A stretch of DNA of 63,409 nucleotides, filler included, from Kipferlia bialata (lineage: Eukaryota): NCBI GenBank assembly GCA_003568945.1. It is 4 parts of 4 records of this genome, joined end to end, with 100 filler letters (N's around TTAATTAATTAA, not from the genome) between each part and the next. Parts side by side here need not be neighbours in the genome. Positions count along the whole stretch, not along the records: positions 1 to 22,144 come from BDIP01000304.1; 3 more parts are not named here. One strand, written 5' to 3'. Shown one piece after another: positions 1-13,340 of the stretch (within the stretch, counting starts at the first letter, position 1; the number at the start of each line of letters is the position of its first letter). The notes under the pieces were generated by a model that searched no databases, had not been told where the DNA came from, and was given only the letters and a program-made list of their open reading frames with translations. A program made the position numbers and the translations under genes.

Positions 1-415
1 AAAGAGTGTATATGAGTGCCGCACTATATACCTTGCATACCCCTTCCCATATAACGTTTGGCCCACACCGTAATATCACACGTATAGCACCTATCTTGCA
101 ATTCATACTCAGGAAGGAGTCCTTACAGCTTAGAAAGTGGGCTGGAAAATGAAACCTTCCACTCTGTAGGTCTGAGACTGTAATCTGAGTCCGTGTACAG
201 TATACACTGTATGAGTTCATTAGGCTAAGGGACCAAGAGAAGAATGGAGGTTATTGTAACCCAAACGCCATATTCATGCGCCTTTCCAATGTAAATAGTA
301 TATAATTGAAACAAGTGTTTTCGCCGTGTCCTATCCCTACGCAAAAGAACATAATGCTTGAATGATCCAATCTAGTGTGACACTCAGTGCAGTATACTAT
401 GTACAATATGTACGC

Positions 416-450
416 AGTGACTCAGTGACTCACTGAGTCACTGAGTCACT
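416..450. repeat. Perfect 17-bp inverted repeat with a 1-nt spacer, built from TGACTCA units
   Basis: agtgactcagtgactca-c-tgagtcactgagtcact; the right arm is the exact reverse complement of the left arm. Confidence 0.9.
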
Positions 451-813
451 CACTTTACCAACGGTCAATAAATAATCTCACCAAGTGGCACAGGTTTGAC
501 AATAGTCGGTGATATTAGTGTTATGTTACATTTGCTGTTATGAGTCAAGACACGACGATTCTGCAACTCGCATAGCAATTGCTGTTAAGAGTACCACCCG
601 TGTTGTTCCACTCATTTAATCTCTAAGTAGCAGTTGGCACCACAGGTGTGGATAGTGGTACGTAGGACGTACCTGCTATATATATATATATAGACGCTCG
701 TAACGAGAGGGTGGCGCACACAAATACAAAAACACGATGACTCAAGTCACTTGGTCACTGCAACAGTGCTGGTCCCACAACAATGTTGCCTTGACGTCAA
801 CCCTAATCCCCAT

Positions 814-3800
814 TCATCTCTTAGCGGCCTTCTTCTTCTGGCGCTTACTCCTGGTCACCTCATTCCACACAGAGAATGCCACTGAATGCACCTTGAGGCA
901 TTCCTTGAGCTTGAGGCAGGTACTGTACTTGGCGGAGTCCGTCAAAGGACCCACTGTGTTGTCGTCGACATAGGCACTCATCCAGGTCACAATGGACACA
1001 TTCTCGTCTCCTGCGGTGGGGGGCAGCCCCTGTCCGTACTCAAGCACCGCCATCAGCTCATCCAGACCCTTTCCCCTGAGTAAGAATTTACACATATAAA
1101 CCATTTACGACACTAAAGTAATGATAAGTAGGGTCGTCACTTACTTCTGTGGCTGTCTCTTAAGAGCATGGGCACTGTCCAGCGGATACAGCTTGCCTGG
1201 GACATACCAGAATCTGGCCTTGCTGGAGTCGCACCTCTTGACCTGTGCTTCAAGCTGGAGTAAGACTGGAAGGAGTGTAGGCGAGATTAATAGTCACACG
1301 GTGTGGTGATGATCTGCATGCCTCCGTCATATACTATTGGGCCAATGGTGGTGGAGAGTCATCGTAAGAGTTGAGTCACAATACCTCCGTTTGGGCGTCC
1401 TGGTAGAGGGCACGCTCCTTCTCTGTCAGAATGCGCTCTGCCTCCACTCTAGCCTCCTGCACCTGGGCAATGGGCTGGGCGGCACTCACCCCGTCCTCTA
1501 CCTTGCTCATCAACTCCATCATCTCAGCCTCCACCTGGATATAAGACGAGACACTCTCATTGTATGAAAGTAAACACTGCCGGATATAGAAGAGTGCCAG
1601 AAAGATCACCAGATTTTGCAACTACAATTGTGCATTGGACGACAACAGCAAAGTGTTCGGTGTGGACACAAGAATACCTGTATCTCTCTCTGACGCCTGA
1701 GTGCGTGGACAACGGTGCAGGTCTGGACGTTAGGTAAAAGAGACACTCACATCACAAAGATGTACAAATAGACACTAAGTGTTAATACCCATAAGCCATA
1801 GGCTACCATTAACGTAGATATGTACACACCACACTTACATACTGATTCCTCTTTCTGGCCTCCTTGGCAGCCTCGGGGTCGGTCTGGAGGTCAAAGAGGT
1901 GTCAATGTGACAAATAGAAATGTTAATAAAGCACACTACTGGAGAACAGTCTGTAATAGGGTGGTCAATGCTCAAAAGAATCTTAACAAAGAAGACATTG
2001 GCATAGATAGTCACATCAGCCCATGAATCGACATATTGTTATATGAGTGAGAATACCAGACAATCACCAGAGTGATCCCAGTATGGAGTCGTTACCTTGA
2101 CAGGGGTAGTAACAGAGCCAGCAACACCAAGAGCAGGAGAACCAGCAAGAGGCTCAACAAGGGTGCTGTCGTCATTCAGCTCCTCGCTGTCATCCCCTCT
2201 GTCAGAGAGAGGGTCACACTAATGTCAGGTGGTACACACAATCATAAATACTTTAGGCCATGTATGTCGATACGACGTCAAGTACAAATATAGGTACACA
2301 CTACTTCTTAGATCGACGGATACAGAGTCTCTCTCACCTGAGAGTCAGCCTCCCACTCCTCCTCGTGGCTACAGGGCAGATGGTGGGACACAGCGTCTCT
2401 CGCTGCATCACAAAGTGCTTGCATGACCCTGGGGGGTAGAAGGTGAACACAAAGTACTGATACTGATATACGAAGAGGAACACAAAGAGTCGTTGTAGGT
2501 AGCTATCACATACTGTCACCAACCCCAAGGCAAACAATCGTACCTGTCCACCGTCTGGCGCACATCCTCATCGCCAGTGATCTGAATAGTAAGAAATAGG
2601 AGTAGGGATAATATATACCACCTGGTGATCCAGGACTAGAGTACACTTGTACCTGGCGGTAGGAGCTCTGCCCTCCTGTCTGTTGGATCCTAGCATCCAG
2701 GTCACACGAAGCCTGTATCGTGGTGATCAGGGAGTGAACCAGGGTGGCGTATCTCTCCTCAATCTCCGTGTTTGTTGCCATGTGAGTGTCAACCTGACGT
2801 TACTACACATATATGCGCAATCGTGTATACACGAGAAAAGGAACCTGCAGAACAAGAATGATGCAATGTGTATATAGACGAGCATTCCATACAATATCTA
2901 AGTATTACGGCAATTGGACAAATTTCCGTACCAGACTGAGACTCTCGGTCTTGGGGGACCTCATCTTGTTGAGCGCGGCGAGAATCTTGTCTAACACTCC
3001 GGGACTCACATTGGTCTCTTCCTTGGGTCAGAGCAGATACAAAGGTGGATAAGGTGTCCTACCTTGGTGCCAGTGGTGAAGTCCTCAAGGTCCACGTGTG
3101 TGCCTGGGTCAGAACAGTAAAGAGAACAGACAGTCCTATAGGGTCCGAACTGAAATGCATATCACACTGTAGCAATTCAAATGAGATGCCACTCGCAACC
3201 TCAATGCCCCTTCACCAACCTTGATGCCGAGAAACAGGTATCGTGGGAGTGGCGGAGGACGTGTTGGTACCTCCCTAGGGTCAATGAAAGGCTTGTCATG
3301 TGATATCGGGTGGCATGTGAATATATGTGTCTAATACATCTAAATAATAAGCGTGTCACAGAGCACGGGTAGAACACGCCACACTATACCTCGACTCTGA
3401 CTCTGCCGTCCTCCTTGTGGCTGTCACTTGGTGCGTCGGCCCTGTTCTCTGTGCTCCGGGTGGCAAAGGGGGGGCGAGGCTCACCAGACACTCCCTACAG
3501 TAAAACCAGGGTGATAGAGCGAATTAACTACCCATACATATACATAGCGTGGTAGAGACAAGAGTCAGGTTCCAACTAGCCACACTATTAAGTGCTATTG
3601 ACACTCCATGTCATACCTGTCCCTCTCTCGTCGCTCCAGACACTGACTGCCCCGTCACCACACCATGTCCGACACACACTGAGGTCAGAGGTATGGGGGT
3701 CAGAACCTGGACGTGAACAACACACCTTGGCTCTGGAGGTTGCGTCTCTGCTGGGATTGGGCAGCCTTGTCTGACTGTCAGAGAAGAAGAACTCCATATA

Positions 3801-6800
3801 CACAAACTCATGATTATAGAACGATTAGTAGTCTACATTACAGTAGAATTGATTAACAGGACATCTGCTGTAGCCAGCGACACAACATCCAGGCACCTCT
3901 ACTCCAGTTGCCTACCTGTGTTCCTGTCAAGCTGGGGAACCTCCATGTCTCCTGTTGGCACATGCTCCTGACGTATGATACTGAATTTGTAATGGTAACA
4001 CTAGATGTCATGACGTGTCGGTATCAGTTACAGATATCCGCTGACACATATACATATGATATGGCAAGCCAATCATGAACACACCTGTGTGCCACAGGCT
4101 CCAGCCGTGGCAAGGGGGACGGTGGCAAGGGGGACGGCAGGATGCACTGGCACTGATGTTTAGAACTGATCGGACGTTGAGACAATGGAGACAGCTACAC
4201 AACACTGGTGAGACAATACAAGTATATATTCCCTATAAAACTAGCGTTGGTACCTGTGACGTCCTTGCTGCCCTTCCCCACCCTAGCGGCCAGTCCGACG
4301 ACGGCGTCCTGGAGGTTAGTTACGGAAAGAGGGAAGCCACAGTTACTTCCTCCCGCTACATGGGGGAGAAAACTCACTAGGGAGTATACGTCCCACCGTC
4401 CACCCACCTGTGTCTCAGTGAGGGGCATATCCTGAGGAGGGAGGAGGGGGGGCAGCGGATCCCTGTCCTCTGCGGTGGGGGTGTCACCTGACGTCAGAAG
4501 CCACAAGAGAAACTAAATACAGACCATGACACAACAACACTCCCAGGCAATTCTTGACAGAAGACACCCCAGTAAATGGCAAGCACCGTGTATATCAGTA
4601 TCAGTATCATGATACACATGCACAGAGTAGACAGCTGTCAATCGGGACAGTCTTACCCTGGGACCTCACTCGGCTCTCTCTGATGTGTACTGGGGTAAGC
4701 ATGACAGAAATAGGGCCAAGTGCCATTATTACTGGGTGACTCAGACAGATATCTCTGACATAACTGCCCATCTCTGCCACTACACTAGGATAACACCTAT
4801 ACACAAGATAGTACATAACTATAGGGGTAAGACACACACAACCGTGCAGATGCAACCAAATACCTGTGCTGGGGGCCTTGATATGGGGTCCCAGAGAGTA
4901 AGCAAGAGGGGCCTGTTCCTGTGTTAGGGATGGAGATAGAGAGACCAAATACCAGCAATATCATATCGACAGTGATATACCGCTAAACCACTTAGTACTG
5001 TCAATACAGATTACACTCACCACAGAGTCACTTCTCCTCACAACCTCTGGAAGGCTGGCGAATTCTGCCCGCTTCAGGAGCTCCTGATGGTCAGACGAGT
5101 GTCAGTCTCATAAGTACCGAGTACATTGTAATTGTAGATATCTCTAATGTATACATATGCTGATACAGTGCCATTGATTGTGTCACAAATCTGATCCATC
5201 GCTAAATATTGATACTCTTATGTGCGTGTCAGACATGAAGCTTTATCCTTACCCGGAGTCCCTGGCTGTCCCCATAGGATGGATAGACGGTCTGGTATGT
5301 GCGCAGTCCGGTGTGCTGGGCGCCGCTCCTGTGACGTCAGAGACATGAGTACATGTTGATGTTGGTACATACATCTAGTAATAATCAGACAGAAGTTGAT
5401 CAAAAAGGGTACGCAGAGGAGAGGTGGATATACACCCGGCATATAGTCAGCACTAGTATACACACAAGTGCAGACACACTGAGTGTGTGGCAGTTTTCGT
5501 ACCTGGCGCTCTCTACCCAAGCGAATACATCGGTGTGGGTCATAGTCACGATAGCAGCAGTCCCACTCTGCTCCTGGAGAGTAAGAGAGAGGCCAAACAT
5601 AGCCCGCAGCTGCACAGAAGAGTGAGTAACGTATAGGTACCTGGTCATAGTAAAGGAGAGCCGTGCACACCAGGATACCATCCAGGGCGTTGTCTCTAGC
5701 CTGGACTACCCTGGTGTCAAAGCCGGTACAACCACACACACCCACACACACGCGTCCAGTGACGCAGAGCCAGAAGAGCGTGACATATGTATATATATAA
5801 GGTACACATGATGATATACTAGAATGGTATCAGAGCAAAGTCACCTCTGGATCAACTCTCCGTTGTGACTGCTACTAGCGATGTCACTAGCACGACAATA
5901 CAGCCTGGCACATTCTGGGTCAGTATCATTATGACGGGAGAGTACCAACATGGGTATACACTGATACAACTCACTATGGTGATGTTTGTCATTCACTTAG
6001 AGAGTGTACCAACAGACACCTTGTGCTCTCTCTCCTCCACTCAACTATATGATAACACAACGACGGCTTTGGAGGTTCGAGAGTACCTGGTATATATAAT
6101 CCACACGCCTCCTTCAAGTGAGACTGCCTCGCAACCTTGTCATGAATGAGTTGCTGGAGGCCTTCCTGGAGTGTTAGAAGAAACAAAATCATGGATGTAT
6201 ATACAAGGTGCAACTATTGAGATATTTGGGTGCCGAATACACGTCATAAGAGTGGCAAAGGACTACCAGGTCAGAGACACAAATAACAAGCACAAACTCA
6301 ATTGATACATACCTTGCTACAAGCCTTGAATGAGACCTGCACTGTGCCCTCTAATGCTATCACCTAGGGTGAGTACTTTAAGAAATATCCCAAGGTGGAG
6401 TCAGTATTTAAGCAACAACAGAATGGTTGTATCGATAGATTCACTGTGTGAATGTTTCGTGGCAATAGAGGGCATTGCTTGCATTGTACGAACCGCATCT
6501 GTCCTGGTCTGCTCTGCCTTCCGTTTCTGAAAGGCCTCTGTTCTCGCTGAGTCAAGGGTCGTGGCAGTGTCGTCGACCAGCTCCCTCAGGCAGTGCTGGT
6601 GGTTAGAGGCACAACAACAGAATCACTAGGAGTCTACCAGGACATGGTATGTGATATACAATTACTAACGAGGTTACAGTATACGTGGACATTATAAATG
6701 AATATGAATACAAACATCGTTGGGCACTCGTATACAATATCTTTACTACTTACATATAGGTGGTGGACTAAATCATATTACTAAATACCATATTATGGTT

Positions 6801-9400
6801 AACAATCCTTACTCGATGATCACTATCATACATAAATATAAACACACTGAGTACATGTATATATACATAAACATATGCTTCAATATACACTCACAGCCAC
6901 CATAGATACATAGACATACATCCACATGTGTAAGTCTGACATAGGCTGGTACTTACCGCCACACTGCCCTCTACTGCGGCCCCCTCTGCATACTTGGCAA
7001 AGGCATCCTCGACGCCTGGCAGACGAGCATACAGCCCTATAACCTCCTGTGATGTGAGATAGATTGTCATGGTTATCAGCTAAGAGGACACTGAGACATC
7101 AAGAGGTTGATGTATATCGGAAAAGGAGAGCTGTTCTGGTAAGGGGCCTATTCACCATATGGAATGAGTTACCTGATGAAGTGTGGAGAACATGTAACTC
7201 AGGGCTTCGCTGAGTTCTGTGACATCGTCTCTGCAGGCGCCGCAGTACTGTCCCCGATCTACGTCTGAGATCACCCTGCAGTGTTGGTCAGCGACCTTCT
7301 GGGCTCCCTTCACGATGTCTGTGACCCTGTCTACCAGGAGGTGCAGCTGGTCAGACCTGGCGGATAAGTCCAAGTGGAGGGGAAGAATACTCCGTAACTT
7401 CAATTTTAGAGTCATAATAGTAGTATATCATATCAGTATTCATACTGAGTCCAAACAGAAGAGAGATACACTTGAGTTCCCGTAACCACCTCCCATATAT
7501 GTATATATATATACATAAGTATATATGTAACAGACCCAATAAAGAGAACCATGGCAAAATGTGTGTACCGCACCTCTCCATAACCTCCTCGAGGTGTGAG
7601 GCTGCCAGTCTTTGCAACTCTTCGATGGTGGTCTCCAGACTTGGGGCCAGAGGGTCCTTGGTCTCGTCGTCTGGAGTCAGTATCGGTATGAGTGCCAGCA
7701 TCAGTATCACGAAGAGAGAGTTGGTGGATACAGGGAGAAGAGGTGTAACACATCATTGGCTCTTGCCACCACGTACAAATCAGCTCCGCTAGACCCACTA
7801 TCTGGTTAACCTCAGCATGGACTGGGCACTTGTTGCAGAACTGAGTCAGAATTATGATCATATATCAGTATGACACCCAAATATACGTCATGACAATCAA
7901 CTGAAGTCGGTACAGTAATAATCGAGGAAAGAGGCATGGTATCATATTATAATACTTAATATATAACAATAATTATCTATATACAAATATATAGACTCAT
8001 ACGCCCTCAGGCAACTCAAGCCAGGATCAATCAATGTACATATATATCAATATATATGGATGAAGTATCTGGGTCACCTGCATGAGCGTCTCGTGGAACT
8101 GGAGGAGGACGTCCACGTCTGTGAGGGAGGAGCGGTACTCTGACGCCCACACATCCTTGGGTTAGACACCTGAGACATACACATAGTAGTGTACCACTGT
8201 GCTAACACACCATTAGACCACTTCTGGGCAAGAACAGTCTAAGTCACACCTGAAGTTGTTCTACTCTCTTTCTCAGACCCTCTCCTCTGGTGCTGACTAC
8301 GAGGCGAATGTGGTCATGCAGCTTGTAGAGAGAATCCTTGAGGTCAGAACTGACAAGGATGCATATATGTGTATATATATGCCTTACCATGGTTGTGGGT
8401 GGCAAGATAGTATATACACTAACATCACTTCATATTCACTATGTTATCTTAATCCACTCTGTATCATGTTATCACACATATATACACAATGGTTCATTTC
8501 TCACACTCTCGACGTACCGTGAGCATGCCGCGAGCCTCCTCTATTGGCTCTGCATACCTGGTCATAAGCACTAGAGACATTTCTAAGAAATATGCGGAGA
8601 CTCTTCAAATGAAACTAGCGTGTGGTGACATATTTTTAAGTGGACACATAAGTGTATCAATATGACGTACCTCTGCCCTACAGCGCTCAGTGCAGCATGT
8701 CGTCCCTGGAGTCAATCACAATTAGTGCGTCTTTACAGTTACTCGTTGTTGAGGAAAAGTAATGTACACGTACACACATGCCTTGCATATATCCGCCTCC
8801 AAACCGTTGAGGAACGCTGAGGCATCATGGTGTGCTTGAAGGACTGTCTGGAGTAAAACAATAGGAGACACACCGGCCAGAGTTTCAAATATAGTTCAAA
8901 TCTCCTATTGTACATATACATATATACATATACATATTCTATATTCAACACTCTCACATAGAATATATATATCTTTCTAGCGTCGTTGCGCAACATAATT
9001 GTATTGAGAAACATCCCATACCTGCACCTCTTGGCATGTCAGCTCCTCCGTGAGTGGGTGGCTTGCCATACACTGATCGGCACACTCACCCGCCTTGCGA
9101 ATCTGGGTAACTACCTTCCCTGGTGTTATGTCACAGCAGTACATATTCTGAGGACGTGAAATAGGTGAATAACGTACGAAAGTGGTCTTCGGCAGCGGTG
9201 GTGGCAGGTGGTCTAGTTGCTGAGCCTATCTCCTGTGGTCAGTGTAATACACTACAGACTGCTACACTTGGTATTAAAGGAGAAGATGTAAATGGGTATT
9301 CAACTGATGATATATTCACATATAGCCATCGAGACACAGACTAGGGAGCCCCTCCTACCTTGGCACCCGCGGCCTGTGCCTGTGCCTGTGCCTGTGCCTG
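814..9400 (-). CDS. Large multi-exon hypothetical gene (may be more than one gene); 5' part runs into a QA-repeat and an N gap
   Basis: Chain of GC-richer segments bounded by GT..AG on the minus strand. The last exon reads ...GKGLDELMAVLEYGQG...KRQKKKAAKR* and ends at 814. Internal exons include AEMMELMSKVEDG (~1385-1535), LRAMFGLSLTLQEQSG (~5503-5608) and DQLHLLVDRVTDIVKG (~7195-7356). No domain recognised. Confidence 0.5.
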
Positions 9401-10015
9401 NNNNNNNNNNNNNNNNNNNNNNNNNNNNNNNNNNNNNNNNNNNNNNNNNNNNNNNNNNNNNNNNNNNNNNNNNNNNNNNNNNNNNNNNNNNNNNNNNNNN
9501 NNNNNNNNNNNNNNNNNNNNNNNNNNNNNNNNNNNNNNNNNNNNNNNNNNNNNNNNNNNNNNNNNNNNNNNNNNNNNNNNNNNNNNNNNNNNNNNNNNNN
9601 NNNNNNNNNNNNNNNNNNNNNNNNNNNNNNNNNNNNNNNNNNNNNNNNNNNNNNNNNNNNNNNNNNNNNNNNNNNNNNNNNNNNNNNNNNNNNNNNNNNN
9701 NNNNNNNNNNNNNNNNNNNNNNNNNNNNNNNNNNNNNNNNNNNNNNNNNNNNNNNNNNNNNNNNNNNNNNNNNNNNNNNNNNNNNNNNNNNNNNNNNNNN
9801 NNNNNNNNNNNNNNNNNNNNNNNNNNNNNNNNNNNNNNNNNNNNNNNNNNNNNNNNNNNNNNNNNNNNNNNNNNNNNNNNNNNNNNNNNNNNNNNNNNNN
9901 NNNNNNNNNNNNNNNNNNNNNNNNNNNNNNNNNNNNNNNNNNNNNNNNNNNNNNNNNNNNNNNNNNNNNNNNNNNNNNNNNNNNNNNNNNNNNNNNNNNN
10001 NNNNNNNNNNNNNNN
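9401..10015. other. Scaffold gap (N run) next to a (CCTGTG)n repeat
   Basis: N run preceded by cctgtg repeats, which encode QAQAQA on the minus strand. Confidence 0.95.
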
Positions 10016-11929
10016 TACCAAGGGAGAGACAGTGATGCTATAGTCACTCACTGACTCAGAGAGGTAATGTGAAGCAGTGGAGGCGAGGACAGTGACACCC
10101 ATAGAGCCCCACACACCCTCCCCACCCCATAAGGACGCAAATATACCTTTTGATACTGATACTGATACTGATACTGCAAATATACCTTTTGCATAGAACC
10201 AAAAGGGCATGCTTATACCATCGCGTAACTTACGCGGCGTAAGTGATGCATATTATTCCAGATTCCCACAAGTGTTGTCTCCCCCCCTCCTGTCCCCACC
10301 AACATGAATACAAAGTCTGCCCTGCCGTGACACTGCATATTATACCCTCTCTCCCTTCATACATACCTACCAGCATTGACATATACTCCTCTTTGACTTG
10401 CTATCAGTCATGTTTGTGTATAGACATATATAAACAGATACACATCCACTAGGAGGGCAGAGAGATGGAGTAATGGGATCATGTGACTAATAGTCACTGA
10501 CTTTTGAGCGGCATGGATCTGCTTGCTAATAACAGTTGGTTCTGACCGCCTATAGTTCCCTGACATACGCCATGTCCCCTTGATGTACCACAAGTGCTGA
10601 TGGCACTATGTGACCAATAAACTATATTGGCAATAAAGTAAGGATGGATGTGCATTGGTTGAGGTCCTCAACTTGAGGATAAAGTCCTACGTACTGGAAT
10701 TATATGTATGGTATGTGTGGAAGAGATGAGTTGAAGGATGATTAATTGTCTGGCAGCAGGTGTGGGAAGGTTCTCTTCATATTTGACTGGTTCCTTCTGG
10801 TTCCAACACCTGAATGAGAGGACAGGAACTAGTGGAATATGATATTCCCAAGCAACCCTATTCCAGGAATATCAACTCATGATTGGTGATGAACTGGACT
10901 GAGAATATAATATTATAACATACCAATATATTGTCTTGTATACATATATGGTATATAGTATAACACTCAATGAGTACTGTACAGTACAGTCACTGTACTC
11001 AGTATTAGCATTGTCAGTGACGTCACCATCATCACCAGTGACACAACCCCTCCCCCACTTCCTCATCTCCCCCGATATGCTGTGAGTAGATACCATAAAT
11101 GTTAGAGTATCCAGTACAGTGTATGTCATACACTGTATGAGACCAAACACACTTAATCACGTTAGTAACTATTGATTAGTTGTACATCCTGGACTGTAGT
11201 ATATGACCAGGACATCGGTACACACATACATATACACATTCTCAAGTTAGAGACATATATATATATATAATGGGTAAATACATACCGAGAGTTAACGTGT
11301 AGTACATAGTATGCAGTATACACTGTGTGAAGGTGAATACATAATACATATATGTATGGTTTGACTTTTAGTATGCACGGTGCATAATGCACCAGATGGG
11401 AGAGTGTTGGGCTACCGTCTTGCCATTAGTCTCCAATGGAGGCCTCTACTCCCACTATCCATCGGAATAGTATATGTCGTATGATACCATAGGTACTTGT
11501 GTAATACTATATAGTACGTGTAACTTGTATGACACACACTGGATATCCCCTGTACGAGTATACCAACTACTAGGGACAGTGCAGTAGAGAAGGAGTGATT
11601 GATTGAACCGGATCCGTTTCCCCTACGGTGACTATGTGAGGTGACAAGTAGTCATGACGACTAATCACACCGCAAGTAGTGAATCACTACTGTAAACATC
11701 TGAGTATAGGACCAAATGTGTGGCACGGTGTCTGTTTCTGCACTACATGTCCAACTGGCTCTGGACTAGGGTGGGTATTGTCTCAGTCATTCTCGAGTGG
11801 ACTCTCCGAGTTGGGGTCAGTATCAGAGTCGGATATCAGAACATATGACTCACTCGACAACCTCTTTCCACCTCGTCTGCTCCACTTATGTCTCCACCTC
11901 GTGTTTCTAGTAGGCACTGTCCGTAGCAT

Positions 11930-12611
11930 ATGAGTATGCAGCCAGACCGTCTGCGCACTGTTCTACAGGCCAAGTTCGGCTTCGATGACTTCAGAGAGGC
12001 TCAGAGAGAGGCCATCCAGTCAGTAGTGGATGGGCAATACGGTATGGATGGTACATACTGATTAGGCACATATTGTGGGTAGTAGGGGACACTAGGGGTG
12101 TGTAGAGCCGTGGTGATATTGGAAGGGTGTTGGCTGATTGACTCCCTATCCCCCCCCCCTCCTCAACCTAACCCGGTGTAATGTCTGATGCCAACCGTGT
12201 CTTATCTACCTGGTAGGGCTTGGAGCCGTATTCCTACTGCACTGGTGTTTTAGTTGTTGTTATACACAGTGTACGCCCCATTCCCCCTCTGCCCTAATAG
12301 TAACATGTACCCTTACTCTCTCTTCCTCTCCCCCCCCCCACTTGTCTCTATCTCTAACATACCATCACTCACCTGTGTATGAGGCTACTATCCCGGTATG
12401 TCGCTCATTCTCTCTCTCTCCTGCCCCACTCTTATCTAGGAATCCTAGACTAGGATATGTAACCAAGTATATCCATATGTATCAGTATATGCTCTGTGTA
12501 TTATGTATGTTATTATTAGTCTTATGTATGTTATTGTTAGTCACATATCCCCCACCTCCACCCCACCAAGGGAGGGTGTCCGTGCCACTTCCCTGACCTC
12601 TGCAGTCACAG
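11930..12611 (+). pseudogene. RecQ-family helicase N-terminal relic (truncated, degenerate)
   Basis: Exon 11930-12041 reads MSMQPDRLRTVLQAKFGFDDFREAQREAIQSVVDGQY, matching RecQ motif 0 (L..FG..FR..Q.EAI..V..G), followed by a GTATGG donor. 12176-12196 reads V*CLMPT, the lead-in to motif I, with a stop and a CGG in place of the CAG acceptor. 12571-12611 reads EGVRATSLTSAVT, similar to RecQ G(I/V).A..L.S. No DEAH or later motifs appear before the next gene. Confidence 0.65.
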
Positions 12612-12895
12612 GTACATGCACTTGCACAACCATTGCAACTCTTATCGATATAATGCCTAGTATTTTTATTGTTTATTCACATAGATGCAGATACAGATTC
12701 AGGGTTTGTGACAGGGTGTCGTAATGAACCCTTTTACAGTGTTTGGCTCACCGGTGATCTCGCATCGCTTCTTCAGGGTAAAAACAATGTTTTTCGTCTG
12801 AAGTGATCCATGTTTCCATGTTTACTTTTAGCTAAACGACACAAGATTTGGAACAGTGACGAAAGCCACCTCTATTCCCGATACAGTAGCAGCCC

Positions 12896-13303
12896 ATGTC
12901 TGAGACTGAATCTCTTCCCCATTGCGATGAAGAGATTTCAGAGAGCCTTCCCAACGTTATGAGCGTCTCTGCAGGCCAACCAGCCAAATCTGACATCGCA
13001 GACTCCTCCAATCCCACCCCCTCCCGGACCGATGCGCTTGGCACCGCACCCCTGGGACCCCTGCTGCTCGGCCTGTGCCTCCCTACGGCCATTGCGTTCA
13101 GCATATCTGCAGGTAAGGCTCCTATACTTTATGCAGTGTCACTCCGATATTTGATGTAAGTCTTTCTCAAATCAAATCTGAGAGTACTATTTTTGGACCA
13201 GACATATATGTAGTGACTCTGCTTTCTATCACTCTCTCAGACCCACCTCTTTGGTATGTAGAGGTTCTTGTTGTTAAGTATTGAACATCTCTACCGACTT
13301 AGC

Positions 13304-13340
<37 letters not shown>

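Noticed and set aside
9292..10210. Long ORFs of 227-289 aa
   Set aside because: They consist almost entirely of N-derived X residues.
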